From: an uncultured Actinomycetes bacterium
Lineage (GTDB): Bacteria > Actinomycetota > UBA4738 > HRBIN12
Assembly: GCA_963744515.1 (NCBI GenBank)
Contig: CAVUTN010000008.1
Coordinates: 22,172-86,171 of the forward strand
Length of the DNA: 64,000 nucleotides
Direction of reading: 5' to 3'
This document shows, in pieces, positions 22,720-33,718 of the stretch (within the stretch, counting starts at the first letter, position 1; each line of letters opens with the position of its first letter). Both the position numbers and the translations under genes were made by a program. The notes beneath the pieces are model-generated. The model was not told the origin of the DNA. It searched no databases and saw nothing but the letters and a program-made list of their open reading frames with translations.

Positions 22720-23771
22720 TCGGTCGCGCCGGGGAAGACGATCACCTTCGCCGCGTGTCCCGAGGCAGCCGTCTCGAACGCCTCCTCGAACCGATCCAAC
22801 GGGAACCGGTGCGTGATGACCGGCGAGATGTCGACCCGTCCCGTGGACAGCAGGGTCGTCGTCTGCTGCCACGTCCGGAACATCTCGCGTCCGGTGATCC
22901 CGAGGATCCGGGCCTCCTTGAAGATCACCTGGTCGTTCAGGTCCAGCGTCACCGGCCCGTCCGGGAGCCCGAGCAGCGACATGCGCCCGCCCCGGGCCAG
23001 CAGCCGGGTCCCCTGATCGATCGCCGTCGCGTTCCCCGACATCTCGAGCACGACCTCCGCGCCGTTGCCGTCCGTCGCGTCGAGCACCGCCTCGACCGGG
23101 TCGTCGGCCTTCGGATCGATCAACAGGTCGGCACCCATCTTCGCCGCGAGCGACCGGCGCTCGTCGTTGGGCTCGATCGCGATCACCTTCCAGGCCCCGA
23201 GCGCCCGCGCGATCCCGACCGCGAACAGGCCGATCGGACCGCACCCGATCACCGCGACCGGGTTCGTGAGCAGGTCCTCGCCGCCCTCGGTCCCGAACGT
23301 CGCATGCACGGCGTTGCCGAACGGTTCCATCACCGACGCGTGGTCGGGCTGGATGCCTTCGCCGACGATCCACGCGTTCACCGCGGGCACCACGACGTAC
23401 TCCGCGAACGCGCCGTCGGTGTCGACGCCCAGGATCTTCAGGTTGCGGCAGATGTGCGCCCGACCCGTCCGGCAGGTGGAGCAGACGCCGCACGCGATGT
23501 GGGTCTCGACGGCCACGAACGCACCCGGCTGCACGTGATGCACCTCGGGTCCGACCGCCTCGACCGTCCCGGCCACCTCGTGACCGAACGTCATCGGCAC
23601 GCGGGTCACGCGGCCCTGCGCCCACTCGTTCCAGTCGAAGATGTGGAGGTCGGTCCCGCAGATCGAGGCGGCGTGCACGCGCACGAGCACCTCCCCCTCG
23701 CCCGGATCCGGGACCGGGACGTCCTCGAGCTCGGCGCCGGGACGGGGTGCGGTCTTGCGCAGGGCGCGCAT
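22710..23771 (-). CDS. tdh: L-threonine 3-dehydrogenase
   Basis: SICGTDLHI, FGHE, CGVCSTC...C zinc site, MEPFGNAVH, GCGPIG, ILGITGREMFRTW. Confidence 0.93.
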   Translation of the reverse strand: MRALRKTAPRPGAELEDVPVPDPGEGEVLVRVHAASICGTDLHIFDWNEWAQGRVTRVPMTFGHEVAGTVEAVGPEVHHVQPGAFVAVETHIACGVCSTCRTGRAHICRNLKILGVDTDGAFAEYVVVPAVNAWIVGEGIQPDHASVMEPFGNAVHATFGTEGGEDLLTNPVAVIGCGPIGLFAVGIARALGAWKVIAIEPNDERRSLAAKMGADLLIDPKADDPVEAVLDATDGNGAEVVLEMSGNATAIDQGTRLLARGGRMSLLGLPDGPVTLDLNDQVIFKEARILGITGREMFRTWQQTTTLLSTGRVDISPVITHRFPLDRFEEAFETAASGHAAKVIVFPGATDQR

Positions 23772-23911
23772 CGTGCCCAGCGTAGCGCGACCGGCTCGCC
23801 GGGGCGGCCGGGCCGAACGACAGCGGCGGAACCATCGGACCGGGCGCCGCGTCCAAGCCAGACTCGACGGCCCAGGCTCGAGGGCCGGATCCGACGACCG
23901 AAGGAGCGATC

Positions 23912-24803
23912 ATGCGCGTGGGACGGATCGGTGTGGCGATCGCGGCGGTGGCGGTGCTCGGCTCGGCATGCGGCGGGGTGGTGGGACGACGGCCCGGGTT
24001 CGGGCGGCGCCACCGGAGCTTCCGGGACCACCGGCATCGAGCACCCCACCGGCGCGAACGACCTGATCCTGGGTGTCGGCTACGAGGGCGGGTTCGTCGC
24101 GTACGAGTACACCCTCGGCACGACCCCGTTCTGGTCCCTGTTCGGCGACGGGACGCTGATCGTCCCCGGCCCGCAGATCGAGATCTATCCCGGCCCCGCC
24201 CTGCCGAACCTCACCGCGACCCCGGTCTCCGAGGACGGCATCCAGGCGATCCTGCAGGCCGCCCGGGACGCCGGCCTGATGGACGGCGACGCGAACTACG
24301 GCGACATGTGCATCGCCGACGCGGCGAACACCGTCTTCACGACCACCGCGGACGGTTCGACGTCGGTCGTCTCCGCGTACGCGCTCGACGTGGGCGAGCC
24401 CGCCGGCACCTGCGGGGGCGGCGAGGACGCCGAGGCCCGCGCCGAGCTGGCGGCGTTCCAGGCGAAGCTCACCGACCTCGCGAGCTGGCTCCCGGCCGGC
24501 TCGCTCGGCACCGAGGCTCCCTACGAGCCGACCGAGATGCGCGTCTACGTACTCCCGTACCAGGGCGATCCCGAGCTCCCGCAGGACCCGATCGCGTGGC
24601 CGCTCGCCACGCCGCTCGACGGGTTCGGCGAGAAGGTCGCGAACGCTCCGTCGGCGACGCGCTGTGGTGTGGTGAGCGGTGACGACCTCACGACGCTGCT
24701 CGCGGCGGCGCAGGAGGCGAACGCGCTCACCCCGTGGACCAGCGGCGGGACCGAGTACCACCTGATCTTCCGACCGTTGCTCCCCGACGAGCACACCTGC
24801 TAG
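23912..24803 (+). CDS. Hypothetical lipoprotein (frameshift near 23985)
   Basis: Lipobox LGSAC; continuous coding frame EGGFVAYEY...PQIEIYPGPALPNL...RPLLPDEHTC. Confidence 0.7.
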
Positions 24804-24931
24804 CGCGCGATCGCAGCGAGCGAGCAGGGTCTTCCCCGGCGCACGGGTACGGCGCTATCCTCGAACCCTGACGCGACGACCGAGGCCGGGAGCAGGTCGA
24901 GGGAGGCCGGGTCGCGCAGGAGGGAGGAACC

Positions 24932-25427
24932 ATGGTCCTGGGTTCGCGCCGCCGTCGGGTGGCCGATCGTGGGTTGCCGCCGTCGCCGCCCTGGCGCTGG
25001 TCTCGGCCGGGTGCTCGGACGACGAAGGCGATACGACGGGGGCGACCGGCGAGGAGACCGGAGCCGGCGGCGCCGTCGACGTGACGGTGCAGGAGTTCGC
25101 GGTCATCCCGGCCTCGTCCTCGGCGCCCGCCGGCGACGTGACGTTCAACGTCACCAACGAGGGGCCGGACGACGTCCACGAGTTCGTGGTGTTCCAGACG
25201 GACCTGCGCCGGACGCCCTGCCGACCAACGACGACGGCAGCGTCGACGAGGAGGGCGAGGGCGTCGAGCTCCAGGGCGAGATCGAAGACATCGCGGTCGG
25301 CGACACCCAGAACTTGACCATCGACCTGCCGGCCGGGAACTACGTCTTCATCTGCAACATCTACGACGCCGCGGAGCAGGAGGCCCACTACCAGGAAGGG
25401 ATGCGGGTCGCCTTCACCGTCGAGTAG
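24932..25427 (+). CDS. Cupredoxin-like (type 1 copper) lipoprotein, frameshifts
   Basis: Lipobox SAGC; ligand pattern HEFVV...YVFICNI...AHYQEGM (His, Cys, His, Met). Confidence 0.75.
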
Positions 25428-25448
25428 CGCGACGGTCGTTCGAGGGAC

Positions 25449-26642
25449 CTAGAGCACCCTGCGTCGGCGCGCCCGTAGACCGGAACGCCGACCCCTGGCG
25501 CTGGCGGAGAAGACCACCTGCGGCGGCGCGACCTTCATGCCCTCTTCCTCGAACGCCTCGTGCAGGTCCAGGCGCGCGGCCATGCGGCCGACGTCGCCCT
25601 GCTGGTCGGCCGTCACCAGCGTGATGCCGATGCCGGTCCGTCCGGCGCGCGCCGTGCGTCCCACCCGGTGGACGTACCCCTTGTCGTCCTGGGGCGGGTC
25701 GTAGTTCACGACGTGGCTGATCCGTTCGAGGTCCAGACCACGGGCGGCGACATCGGTCGCGACCAGGACCCTGGCCTTGCCCGTCTCGAACCGCTCGAGC
25801 GCCCGCTGCCGCGCCCGCTGTGCCATGTCGCCGTGGAGCGCCTCGGCCTGGATGCCCTTCTGCTTCAGCTTGTGGACCAGGCGGTCGGCGCCGCGCTTGG
25901 TCCGCACGAAGACGAGCGTCAGCTCGCCGTCGTGCTCCAGGAGCTCGATCAGCGCCTCGACCTTGCCGCGCGACTCGACCTGCACGAAGCGATGGTCGAG
26001 CCCGTCGACGGTCTCGTGTGCCGATTCCACCTCGTGCAGGACCGCGTCGTTCGTATACGCGCGCGCGAGGTGTCCGACCGCGCCGTCCAGCGTGGCCGAG
26101 AAGAACATCGTCTGCCGGTCCTTGGGGATGCGACGGACGAGACGGTCGACCTGCGGCTGGAACCCCATGTCGAGCATCCGGTCGGCCTCGTCCAGGACGA
26201 GGATCTTGACGCGGTCGAGCCGGACGCTCCCGCGCTCGGCCAGGTCCTGCAGACGCCCGGGGGTGGCGATCAGCACGTGGGCCTTCGCGTTGCCGCGGGC
26301 CTGCTGCTGCATGCTGACCCCGCCGTAGGCGACGCCGACGCGGAGACCGGCGGCCTTCGCGATCTCGGCGAAGTCGTCGGCCACCTGCTGCGCGAGCTCG
26401 CGCGTCGGCACCAGGACGAGCGCGGTCGGCGTGGGGTCGTTCGGTCGGACGCGCTCGACGATCGGCAGCGCGAACGCGAGCGTCTTGCCGGAGCCGGTCG
26501 CGGAACGGGCGAGCACGTCTCGTCCCGCGATCGCGTCTTGGAGCACGAGCGATTGGATCGCGAACGGATCGGAAACCCCTACCTTGCCGAGGGCCTCGAT
26601 CACGCGGGCGGATACGCCCAGGTCGGTGAAGCTGGTGGTCAT
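25449..26642 (-). CDS. DEAD-box RNA helicase
   Basis: ATGSGKT, PTRELA, ATPGR, DEAD, SAT, HGDM, ATDVAARGLD, HRVGRTAR. Confidence 0.95.
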   Translation of the reverse strand: MTTSFTDLGVSARVIEALGKVGVSDPFAIQSLVLQDAIAGRDVLARSATGSGKTLAFALPIVERVRPNDPTPTALVLVPTRELAQQVADDFAEIAKAAGLRVGVAYGGVSMQQQARGNAKAHVLIATPGRLQDLAERGSVRLDRVKILVLDEADRMLDMGFQPQVDRLVRRIPKDRQTMFFSATLDGAVGHLARAYTNDAVLHEVESAHETVDGLDHRFVQVESRGKVEALIELLEHDGELTLVFVRTKRGADRLVHKLKQKGIQAEALHGDMAQRARQRALERFETGKARVLVATDVAARGLDLERISHVVNYDPPQDDKGYVHRVGRTARAGRTGIGITLVTADQQGDVGRMAARLDLHEAFEEEGMKVAPPQVVFSASARGRRSGLRARRRRVL

Positions 26643-26850
26643 GTTCTCTCCTTCGTCCGGCGCGTCGAGCGCGCCACATCTCGGCGGCAGCGTCTGTCGC
26701 TTGAGACGTCTCGCGGGACGCGGCCTGGTGGATCGTGGGGAGGTTTGGCCTTGCCCCGAGACCCCGGCCAGATGACCCGGAAGGAGGAACGAGGAGCGAA
26801 ACCTCACGGACGGCGTTGCCGTCCTCGGGAACCACGATACCAGGTGACGC

Positions 26851-27501
26851 TCAGGAGGAAAGCATCAACAGCAAGATCATCGCGTAGTGGCACGCCGCCG
26901 CGGCCACCATGAACGAGTGCCACACCTCGTGGTAGCCGAAGGTCGACGGCGAGGGATCGGGCCGCCGTGTCGCGAACACGATCGCCCCGGCCGTGTAGAG
27001 CAGACCGCCGGCGAGCAGCAGGACGAGCTCGGCGGTCGTCATCTCGCGCACGAGCTGTGGCAGCGCCAGGATCGCCAGCCAGCCGAGCACGATGTACAGC
27101 GTGCCGCTCAGCACCGAGAGCCCGTCGGGCCGAACCATCTTCATCGTGACCCCGACGACCGCGCCCGCCCAGATCAGGGACAGGAGCACGGCCTCCCAGG
27201 TCCCGCCGAGCACGAGCGCGGCGACCGGCGTGTAGCTCGCCGCGATCAGCACGTAGATCATCGAGTGGTCGAGCCGCTTCAACCACCGCCGGGCGCGCTC
27301 GGTCCAGTGGCCCCGGTGGTAGACCGCGCTCGAGCCGAACACCGCGGTCAGGCTCACGGCGTACACGCTGGCGACCGCGATCGCGGCGGGACCGTTCGCG
27401 AGCAGGATCAGCACCACGCCCGCCGGCACGGACACGAAGAACGCGACCTGGTGGATCCGGCCTCGGAAACGGGGCTTGGGAGGTGCGAGGACGGCGGCCA
27501 T
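26851..27501 (-). CDS. Hemolysin III/PAQR family membrane protein
   Basis: SAVYH, RLDHSMIYVLIAASYTP, FGYHEVWH. Confidence 0.92.
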   Translation of the reverse strand: MAAVLAPPKPRFRGRIHQVAFFVSVPAGVVLILLANGPAAIAVASVYAVSLTAVFGSSAVYHRGHWTERARRWLKRLDHSMIYVLIAASYTPVAALVLGGTWEAVLLSLIWAGAVVGVTMKMVRPDGLSVLSGTLYIVLGWLAILALPQLVREMTTAELVLLLAGGLLYTAGAIVFATRRPDPSPSTFGYHEVWHSFMVAAAACHYAMILLLMLSS

Positions 27502-27544
27502 GGGCGCCTCATCCTACCTGGGCGGCATGGGCTACCCTTCGTCG

Positions 27545-29273
27545 ATGCCGAACGATCTCGTCCGCAGGATCGCCGTCGCTCGCGGCGACGAGCCCGCGGA
27601 CCTGGTCCTTTCCGGCGGTCGGGTGCTCTCCGTGTTCACGGGTGAGTTCCTCGAGGCGGACGTCGCGATCGTCGGGAGCCACGTGGCCGGCGTCGGGCCA
27701 AGGGAGCTACGAGGGGACCGAGCGGGTCGACGTCTCCGGGCTGATCCTGTTGCCCGGCTTCATCGACGGACACATGCACCTGGAGACGACCAAGCTCCGG
27801 CTCGACGAGTTCGCGCGCGCGGCGCTCCCGTGGGGGACCACGACGGTCGTCCTGGATCCGCACGAGATCGCCAACGTGTTCGGGGTCGAAGGCGTCCGCG
27901 CGCTCCTGCGCGATGCCAACGAGGTCCCGCTCGATGCCTACGTCATGGTCTCGTCGTGCGTGCCGGCCTCGCCGTTCGAGTCCTCGGGAGCCACCCTCAC
28001 GCCCGAGGACATCGCCGAGCTGCTGCGGACGGAGCCGCGGGCGATCGGCCTGGCCGAGATGATGGACTACCCCGCGGTCGTCGCCGGCGACGAGGACGCG
28101 GTCGCCAAGGTCGCCGCGGCCGGCGACCGCCACATCGATGGTCACGCCCCCGGCCTCTCGGGCCCCGCACTGAACGCGTACCTCGCGGCCGGGGTCCGCA
28201 GCGATCACGAATGCACGACCTACGAGGAGGCGCTCGAGAAACGCCGACTGGGGATGTGGATCATGATCCGCCAGGGCTCGGCGGCGCGGAACCTCGAGGC
28301 CCTCCTCCCGCTCGTGCTCGAGCACGGGGTCACGAACTGCCTGCTCTGCACCGATGACCGGGAGCCGCACGACCTACAGGAGCACGGGCACATCAACGAC
28401 GTGGTCCGCGAGGCGGTGGCGCTCGGCTGCCCCCCGGCGGACGCCGTCGTGATGGCGACCCTCAACGCGGCCCGGTACCACCGCCTCCACGAGCACGGCG
28501 CCGTGGCACCCGGCTACCTCGCGGACATCGTCGCGGTGCCGGACCTGGTGTCGTTCCGCCCCGAGCGGGTGTGGAAACGGGGAACGCTCGTCGCGGAGAG
28601 CGGCCGACCCTCGCCGATCGCGTCGTCGACCCTGCCCGAGTGGATGCGCGACAGCATGCACGTGCGCGAGATCGAGCCGGTCGACCTCGCGGTCGATGCC
28701 AACGGGCCCGTCCGCGTGATCGGGGTCGATGCGGGCACGATCGTGACCCGCGCCCTCGTCGGCGAACCCCTGCGGCGCGACGGCAAGGCGTGCGCCGACC
28801 CGGGCCGCGACCTCGCGAAGCTCGCGGTGATCGAGCGGCACCACGACACCGGGCGGATCGGGATCGGGTTCGCGCAGGGGTTCGGGCTGCAGGCGGGTGC
28901 GCTGGCGTCGAGCCACGCGCACGACGCCCACAACATCGTGGTGGTGGGTATGACCGACGAGGACATGGCGGCGGCGGCGAACCATCTGCGCGAGATCGGC
29001 GGCGGCCAGGTGGTCGTGATGGACGGCAGGGTCATCGCCGAGCTCCCCTGTCCGATCGGCGGACTCCTGTCGGACCTGTCCTTCGAAGAGGTCGCCGATC
29101 GCGCCCGGATCCTGGAGGAGGCGGCCGGCGAGCTCGGCACCACGCTCCCGTCGCCGTTCATGGCGATGTCGTTCCTCGCGCTGTCGGTGATCCCCGAGCT
29201 CAAGCTCACCGACCGCGGGCTCGTGGACGTGGATCGGTTCGAGCTCGTCCCGCTCGAGGTCGGGCGGGTCTAG
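27545..29273 (+). CDS. ade: Adenine deaminase (frameshift near 27715)
   Basis: PGFIDGHMHLE, DPHEIANV, DGHAPG, SDHEC, CTDD, SSHAHDAHN, LSVIPELKLTDRG. Confidence 0.93.
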
Positions 29274-29274
29274 C

Positions 29275-31105
29275 TCAGCGCAGCAGCGACCGGACCCGGT
29301 CCGCGATCGCGGAGGCCGAGATCCCGGCCCAGTCGCGGAGCTCCTCCGGCGTCCCCGAACCCGGCATCTGCGTCACGGCGATCTTGACCACCCGGCCCGA
29401 GAGCTCCCCGCCGTCCGCGAGCGCCGCGAGCACGGCGTCGCCGAGTCCTCCCTCGATCCAGTGGTCCTCGACCGTGACGAGCAGGCCGGTCTGCGTCGCG
29501 GCGTCACGGAGCGTCTCGGCGTCGATCGGCTTGATCGAGTAGCAGTCCACGACGCGCGCCGAGATCCCGTCGGCCTCGAGCGACCGCGCGGCCTCGAGCG
29601 CCTCGTGCAGCGTGATCCCGGCACCGACGAGCGTCACCCGGTCGTCGTCCGAGGACCGGAGCGTCTTCGAACCGCCGATCGGGAAGTCCTCGTCGCCGTC
29701 GTAGATCGCCGGCGTCTTCTCACGGGTCGTCCGGATGAACGAGATCCCCGGCAGGTCGGCCATCGCAGCGACGAGGTGCGCGGTCGAGTTGCCGTCGCAC
29801 GGGTAGAGCACCGTCGAGCCGTGCACGGCGCGAATCATCGCCAGGTCCTCGAGCGCCATCTGCGACGGCCCGTCCTCGCCGATCGACACGCCGGCGTGCG
29901 AGCCGCTCAGACGCAGGTTCGCGCGGCCGATCGCGGCCATCCGGATGAAGTCGTAGGCCCGCGTGAGGAAGGCGGCGAACGTCGCCGGGAACACCACCTT
30001 GCCCAGGACCTGCATGCCGACGGCCATGCCGAGCATGTTCTGCTCGGCGATGTAGCTCTCGACGAACCGGTCGGGCGCGACCTTCTGGAGGTCCTCGGTG
30101 TGGGTCGAGTTCGCGACCTCGCCGTCGATCGCGACGACGTCGCCGCGCACCGCGAGCGCCGCGAGCGTCTCGCCGAACGCCTTCCGGGTGGCGATCGGCT
30201 CCGCGTACACGAGGCAGCACCACGTTCGGCGCGTCCGCCGGCGGCGAGATCCCCGCCTCCGGCTTGGGCGGCGTCACCGACACGTCGCGCGGGCCGCCGA
30301 GCTCGGCGATCGCCGTCTCGGCCTCTTCCGGCGACAGGGCCTTGCCGTGCCAGCCCTCCCGGTTCGCGAGGAACGAGACGCCGTGGCCCTTCTCGGTCTT
30401 CGCGATCACGACCGCCGGCCGATCCGCGCCCTCGGCCTCGGCGTACGCGGCGTCGATCGCCGCGACGTCGTGGCCGTCCACCTCGATCGGGTGCCAGCCG
30501 AACGAGCGCGCGCGGGCGGCGTAGGCGTCCAGGTCCCACTCGAGCATCGTGGGACCGCGCTGGCCGAGCCGGTTCACGTCGATGATCCCGATCAGGTTGT
30601 CGGCGCCGTGGTACGAGGCGTTCTCCATCGCCTCCCACACCGAACCCTCGGCGACCTCGGAGTCCCCCATCAGGCACCAGACGCGGGCCGGGATCGCGTC
30701 CATCTTCATCGCGAGCGCCATCCCGAGCGCGAACGGCAGCCCCTGGCCGAGCGAGCCGGTCGCGACGTCGATCCACGGCATCTCGGGAAGCGGAACCGGG
30801 TGCCCCTGCACCGCGGACCCGAACCGACGGAAGGTGAGCAGCTGCTCGTCCGTGATCGCGCCGACGGCCTTCAGGACCGAGAACATCAGGGGCGACGCGT
30901 GGCCCTTCGACAGCACGAACCGGTCGTTCGCGAGGCTCTTGGGGTCGGCGACGTCGTAGCGGAGGTGGTCGGACCACAGTACCGCGAGCAGGTGCGCCGC
31001 CGACAGCGAGGACGTGGGGTGACCCGACCCCGCGGCCGTCGAGCTCCTGATCGAGTCGACCCCGAGCTGCGCCGCGACCTCGTTCCACTCGCTGACCGTG
31101 CCCAT
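29275..31105 (-). CDS. tkt: Transketolase (frameshift near 30215)
   Basis: GSGHPTSS, FVLSKGHA, ATGSLGQG, GDSEVAEGSVWE ThDP motif, YIAEQNM, SIGEDGPSQM. Confidence 0.9.
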
Positions 31106-31227
31106 CGTCGTTCCTCCTCCTTCTCCTCTGGCTCTGGCCCTGGCCCTGGCTCTCGTTCCCGCGGAGTCTACGGTCCGCGGCGTTGCCGTCATCGAGGCGA
31201 CCATCCGCCCTGCTACCCTTGCACGCC

Positions 31228-31518
31228 ATGGCCGACTACAAGGAGGTCCGCGTCGAGCGCCTGTTCCTCAAGGTGCCGAACACGGAGAAGCTCCGCAAGG
31301 GCGCCGCCGGGCGGCACAAGCACCTGCTCGCCGACGGCTGGCGCGAGATGGAGCGCCGGCGCGAGATCGACCACATCTGGGTCCGGTACGAGCGCACCGG
31401 CCCGACCCCGCTCCGGCTGCGGCTGCCCCGGCCCGAGAAGGACCAGGGGCGCTTCGAACGTCGTCCGCGCATGGGCGGCCGTGACGGCGGCCGTGGCGGC
31501 CCCCGCGGCCGGCGCTGA
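31228..31518 (+). CDS. Small basic hypothetical protein with Arg/Gly-rich tail
   Basis: Clean codon usage from MADYKEVRVERL; TACCCT 8 nt upstream; tail GGRDGGRGGPRGRR. Confidence 0.65.
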   Translation: MADYKEVRVERLFLKVPNTEKLRKGAAGRHKHLLADGWREMERRREIDHIWVRYERTGPTPLRLRLPRPEKDQGRFERRPRMGGRDGGRGGPRGRR

Positions 31519-31688
31519 CCGGCCCGAACCTCGCCTTCCAATCTCCGCGGTGAACCGAAGATCCTTCGGCGTTGTCCTCGATACGCCGGAGGAACGGCGG
31601 GTATCATGACGGCTGGAGCCGGTTCATCCGGCATCCGCCCGAGTCGTCACCCAGGCCCGACCGGGCCGTCGCGGATACGGAGATGCGG

Positions 31689-33104
31689 ATGAGCGAGCAG
31701 AGCGACCGAACCACGAGCCGCCCCAAGCACGAGGCCGGCCACGCGCACGCGGCGGATCAGCCGTTCGAGTACCCGCTGCGCCGCGAGTACGTCGAACCCG
31801 ACTGGACGCGCCTGCCAGGGTTCGGCGATGTCACGAAGGAGCAGTGGGAGTCGGCGCAGTGGCAGCGGGCCCACACGATCAAGAACCTCGTGGAACTCAA
31901 GCGGGCCTTCGGCGACCTGTTGACCGATGACCTGTACGCGGACATCGAGCGCGACCAGCTCGAGCGGGCGACGATGTCGATGCTGCTCCCGCCCCAGATG
32001 GTCAACACGATGGACGAGAAGGACCTGTGGGCCGACCCCGTCCGCCGCTACATGGCCCCCGCGCTGTCCGACCGCGACGAGGAGTTCCCGTCCCACCCGA
32101 TGGCCGCCCGCGACTCGCTGCACGAGGCCGACATGTGGGCGGTCGAGGGGCTCACGCACCGCTACCCGACAAAGGTGCTCGCGGAGCTGATCCCCACGTG
32201 CCCCCAGTACTGCGGCCACTGCACGCGGATGGACCTGGTGGGCAACGACACGTCCCAGGTCCTGAAGTACAAGTTCGAGATGAAGCAGAACGAGCGCTGG
32301 GACGCGATGCTCGACTACCTGCGACGGACGCCGAGCGTCCGCGACGTCGTGGTCTCGGGCGGCGACATGGCCAACGTCCCGATCAAGCGTCTGCAGGGAT
32401 GGCTGTTCGACCTGTTCGACATCGAGAACGTCCGCGACGTCCGCATCGCGACCAAGGGCCTGATGGGGATCCCGCAGCACTTCCTCCAGGACGAGGTGCT
32501 GGCCGGGTACGACGCGATCGCGAAGCGCGCGCACGAGCGCGGCGTCGAGGTCGCGATCCACACCCACGTGAACGCCGCGCAGCAGGTGACGCCGCTGGTG
32601 GGCTCGGCCGTCCGCAAGCTCCTGGACATGGGGTACCGCGACGTCCGGAACCAGGGGGTGCTGTTGCGGGGCGTGAACACGACCCCCAACCAGATCCTCG
32701 ACCTGTGCTTCACCCTGCTGGATCACGCGAAGGTCATGCCGTACTACTTCTACCTGTGCGACATGATCCCGAACAGCGAGCACTGGCGGCTCTCGGTCTG
32801 GGAGGCGCAGGAGCTGCAGTTCGCGATCATGGGGTACCTGCCCGGGTTCGCGACCCCGAGGTTCGTGTGCGACGTCCCGTTCGTCGGCAAGCGCTGGGTG
32901 CACATGCTCAACACGTACGACCGGGTCAAGGGGATCTCGTACTGGCGGAAGAACTACCGGACCGGGATCGAGTACGACGACCCCGAGGCGCTCACCCGCG
33001 AGTACCCGTACTACGACCCGATCACCACGCTCCCCGAGGAGGGCAAGCGCTACTGGCGCGAGTTCCAGGCGGAGCAGCAGGGCAAGCGGCTCCAACCGGC
33101 CTGA
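31689..33104 (+). CDS. kamA: KamA family radical SAM protein (lysine 2,3-aminomutase-like)
   Basis: HRYPTKVL, CPQYCGHCTR, VVVSGGD, NQGVLLRGVN, PYYFYLCD, VPFVGK (putative PLP Lys). Confidence 0.88.
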   Translation: MSEQSDRTTSRPKHEAGHAHAADQPFEYPLRREYVEPDWTRLPGFGDVTKEQWESAQWQRAHTIKNLVELKRAFGDLLTDDLYADIERDQLERATMSMLLPPQMVNTMDEKDLWADPVRRYMAPALSDRDEEFPSHPMAARDSLHEADMWAVEGLTHRYPTKVLAELIPTCPQYCGHCTRMDLVGNDTSQVLKYKFEMKQNERWDAMLDYLRRTPSVRDVVVSGGDMANVPIKRLQGWLFDLFDIENVRDVRIATKGLMGIPQHFLQDEVLAGYDAIAKRAHERGVEVAIHTHVNAAQQVTPLVGSAVRKLLDMGYRDVRNQGVLLRGVNTTPNQILDLCFTLLDHAKVMPYYFYLCDMIPNSEHWRLSVWEAQELQFAIMGYLPGFATPRFVCDVPFVGKRWVHMLNTYDRVKGISYWRKNYRTGIEYDDPEALTREYPYYDPITTLPEEGKRYWREFQAEQQGKRLQPA

Positions 33105-33130
33105 CGCCGTCCGAGCACGCCCCGGCGCCC

Positions 33131-33610
33131 CTAGGGCAGCAGATGCAGGCTGTGTTCGCTGTTGCCCGTGTCGTCGACGATCTCGACCGTCACGGCGCCC
33201 CCGACGTTCTCGAACTCGCCGGTGCCGCCCGTGATCGCGAGGACCCAGGTCCCGCCGACCTTGAGCTGCGAGACCGGGATCAGACCCTCGGCCGTCACCG
33301 TTCCACGTGCGGGGATCTCGTAGACCTGCGAACACGAGTCCTTCTTCGCGAAGTGCACCGAGCAGTCGACGAACAGATGGCCCGCGACCGCATCCTGCGC
33401 GTCGGTGAGCTCGCTTCGGAAGATGTAGCGATCACCCGGACGGAAGTCGTCGGGCTCTCCCACGAGGTCGAGGTTCCTGCCCTTCAGCGTGTGCTCGCCG
33501 AAGACCACGGTCTCTTCCTGCACGATCCCCGTTCCCGCGAACGCGGTCGTGAGCCCGGCCGCGAGGACCCCCACCAGGGCAGCCCACAGCACCATGACGA
33601 ACCGTCGCAT
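33131..33610 (-). CDS. Secreted allene-oxide-cyclase/dirigent-like beta-barrel protein
   Basis: Signal peptide MRRFVMVLWAALVGVLAAGLTTAFA; PGDRYIF, GTVTAEG, AITGGTGEF motifs. Confidence 0.7.
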   Translation of the reverse strand: MRRFVMVLWAALVGVLAAGLTTAFAGTGIVQEETVVFGEHTLKGRNLDLVGEPDDFRPGDRYIFRSELTDAQDAVAGHLFVDCSVHFAKKDSCSQVYEIPARGTVTAEGLIPVSQLKVGGTWVLAITGGTGEFENVGGAVTVEIVDDTGNSEHSLHLLP

Positions 33611-33718
33611 GTCGTCCTCCCTTCCCACGGCGGGTTCCACCGCCGCGAGCATCATCTCGTCGCCGAGAGCTTTCCGCAACGACCCAACGCGCGGGGGCTG
33701 CGATAGGGTCATCGACCG

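Noticed and set aside
20535-24803. 1422-aa plus-strand ORF
   Set aside because: Antisense shadow of kbl and tdh in GC-rich DNA; only its last ~270 codons are the real lipoprotein frame.
31520-31688. Lysine riboswitch upstream of kamA
   Set aside because: Only a short CGGCGT/ACGCCG inverted repeat was seen; no recognisable riboswitch consensus.
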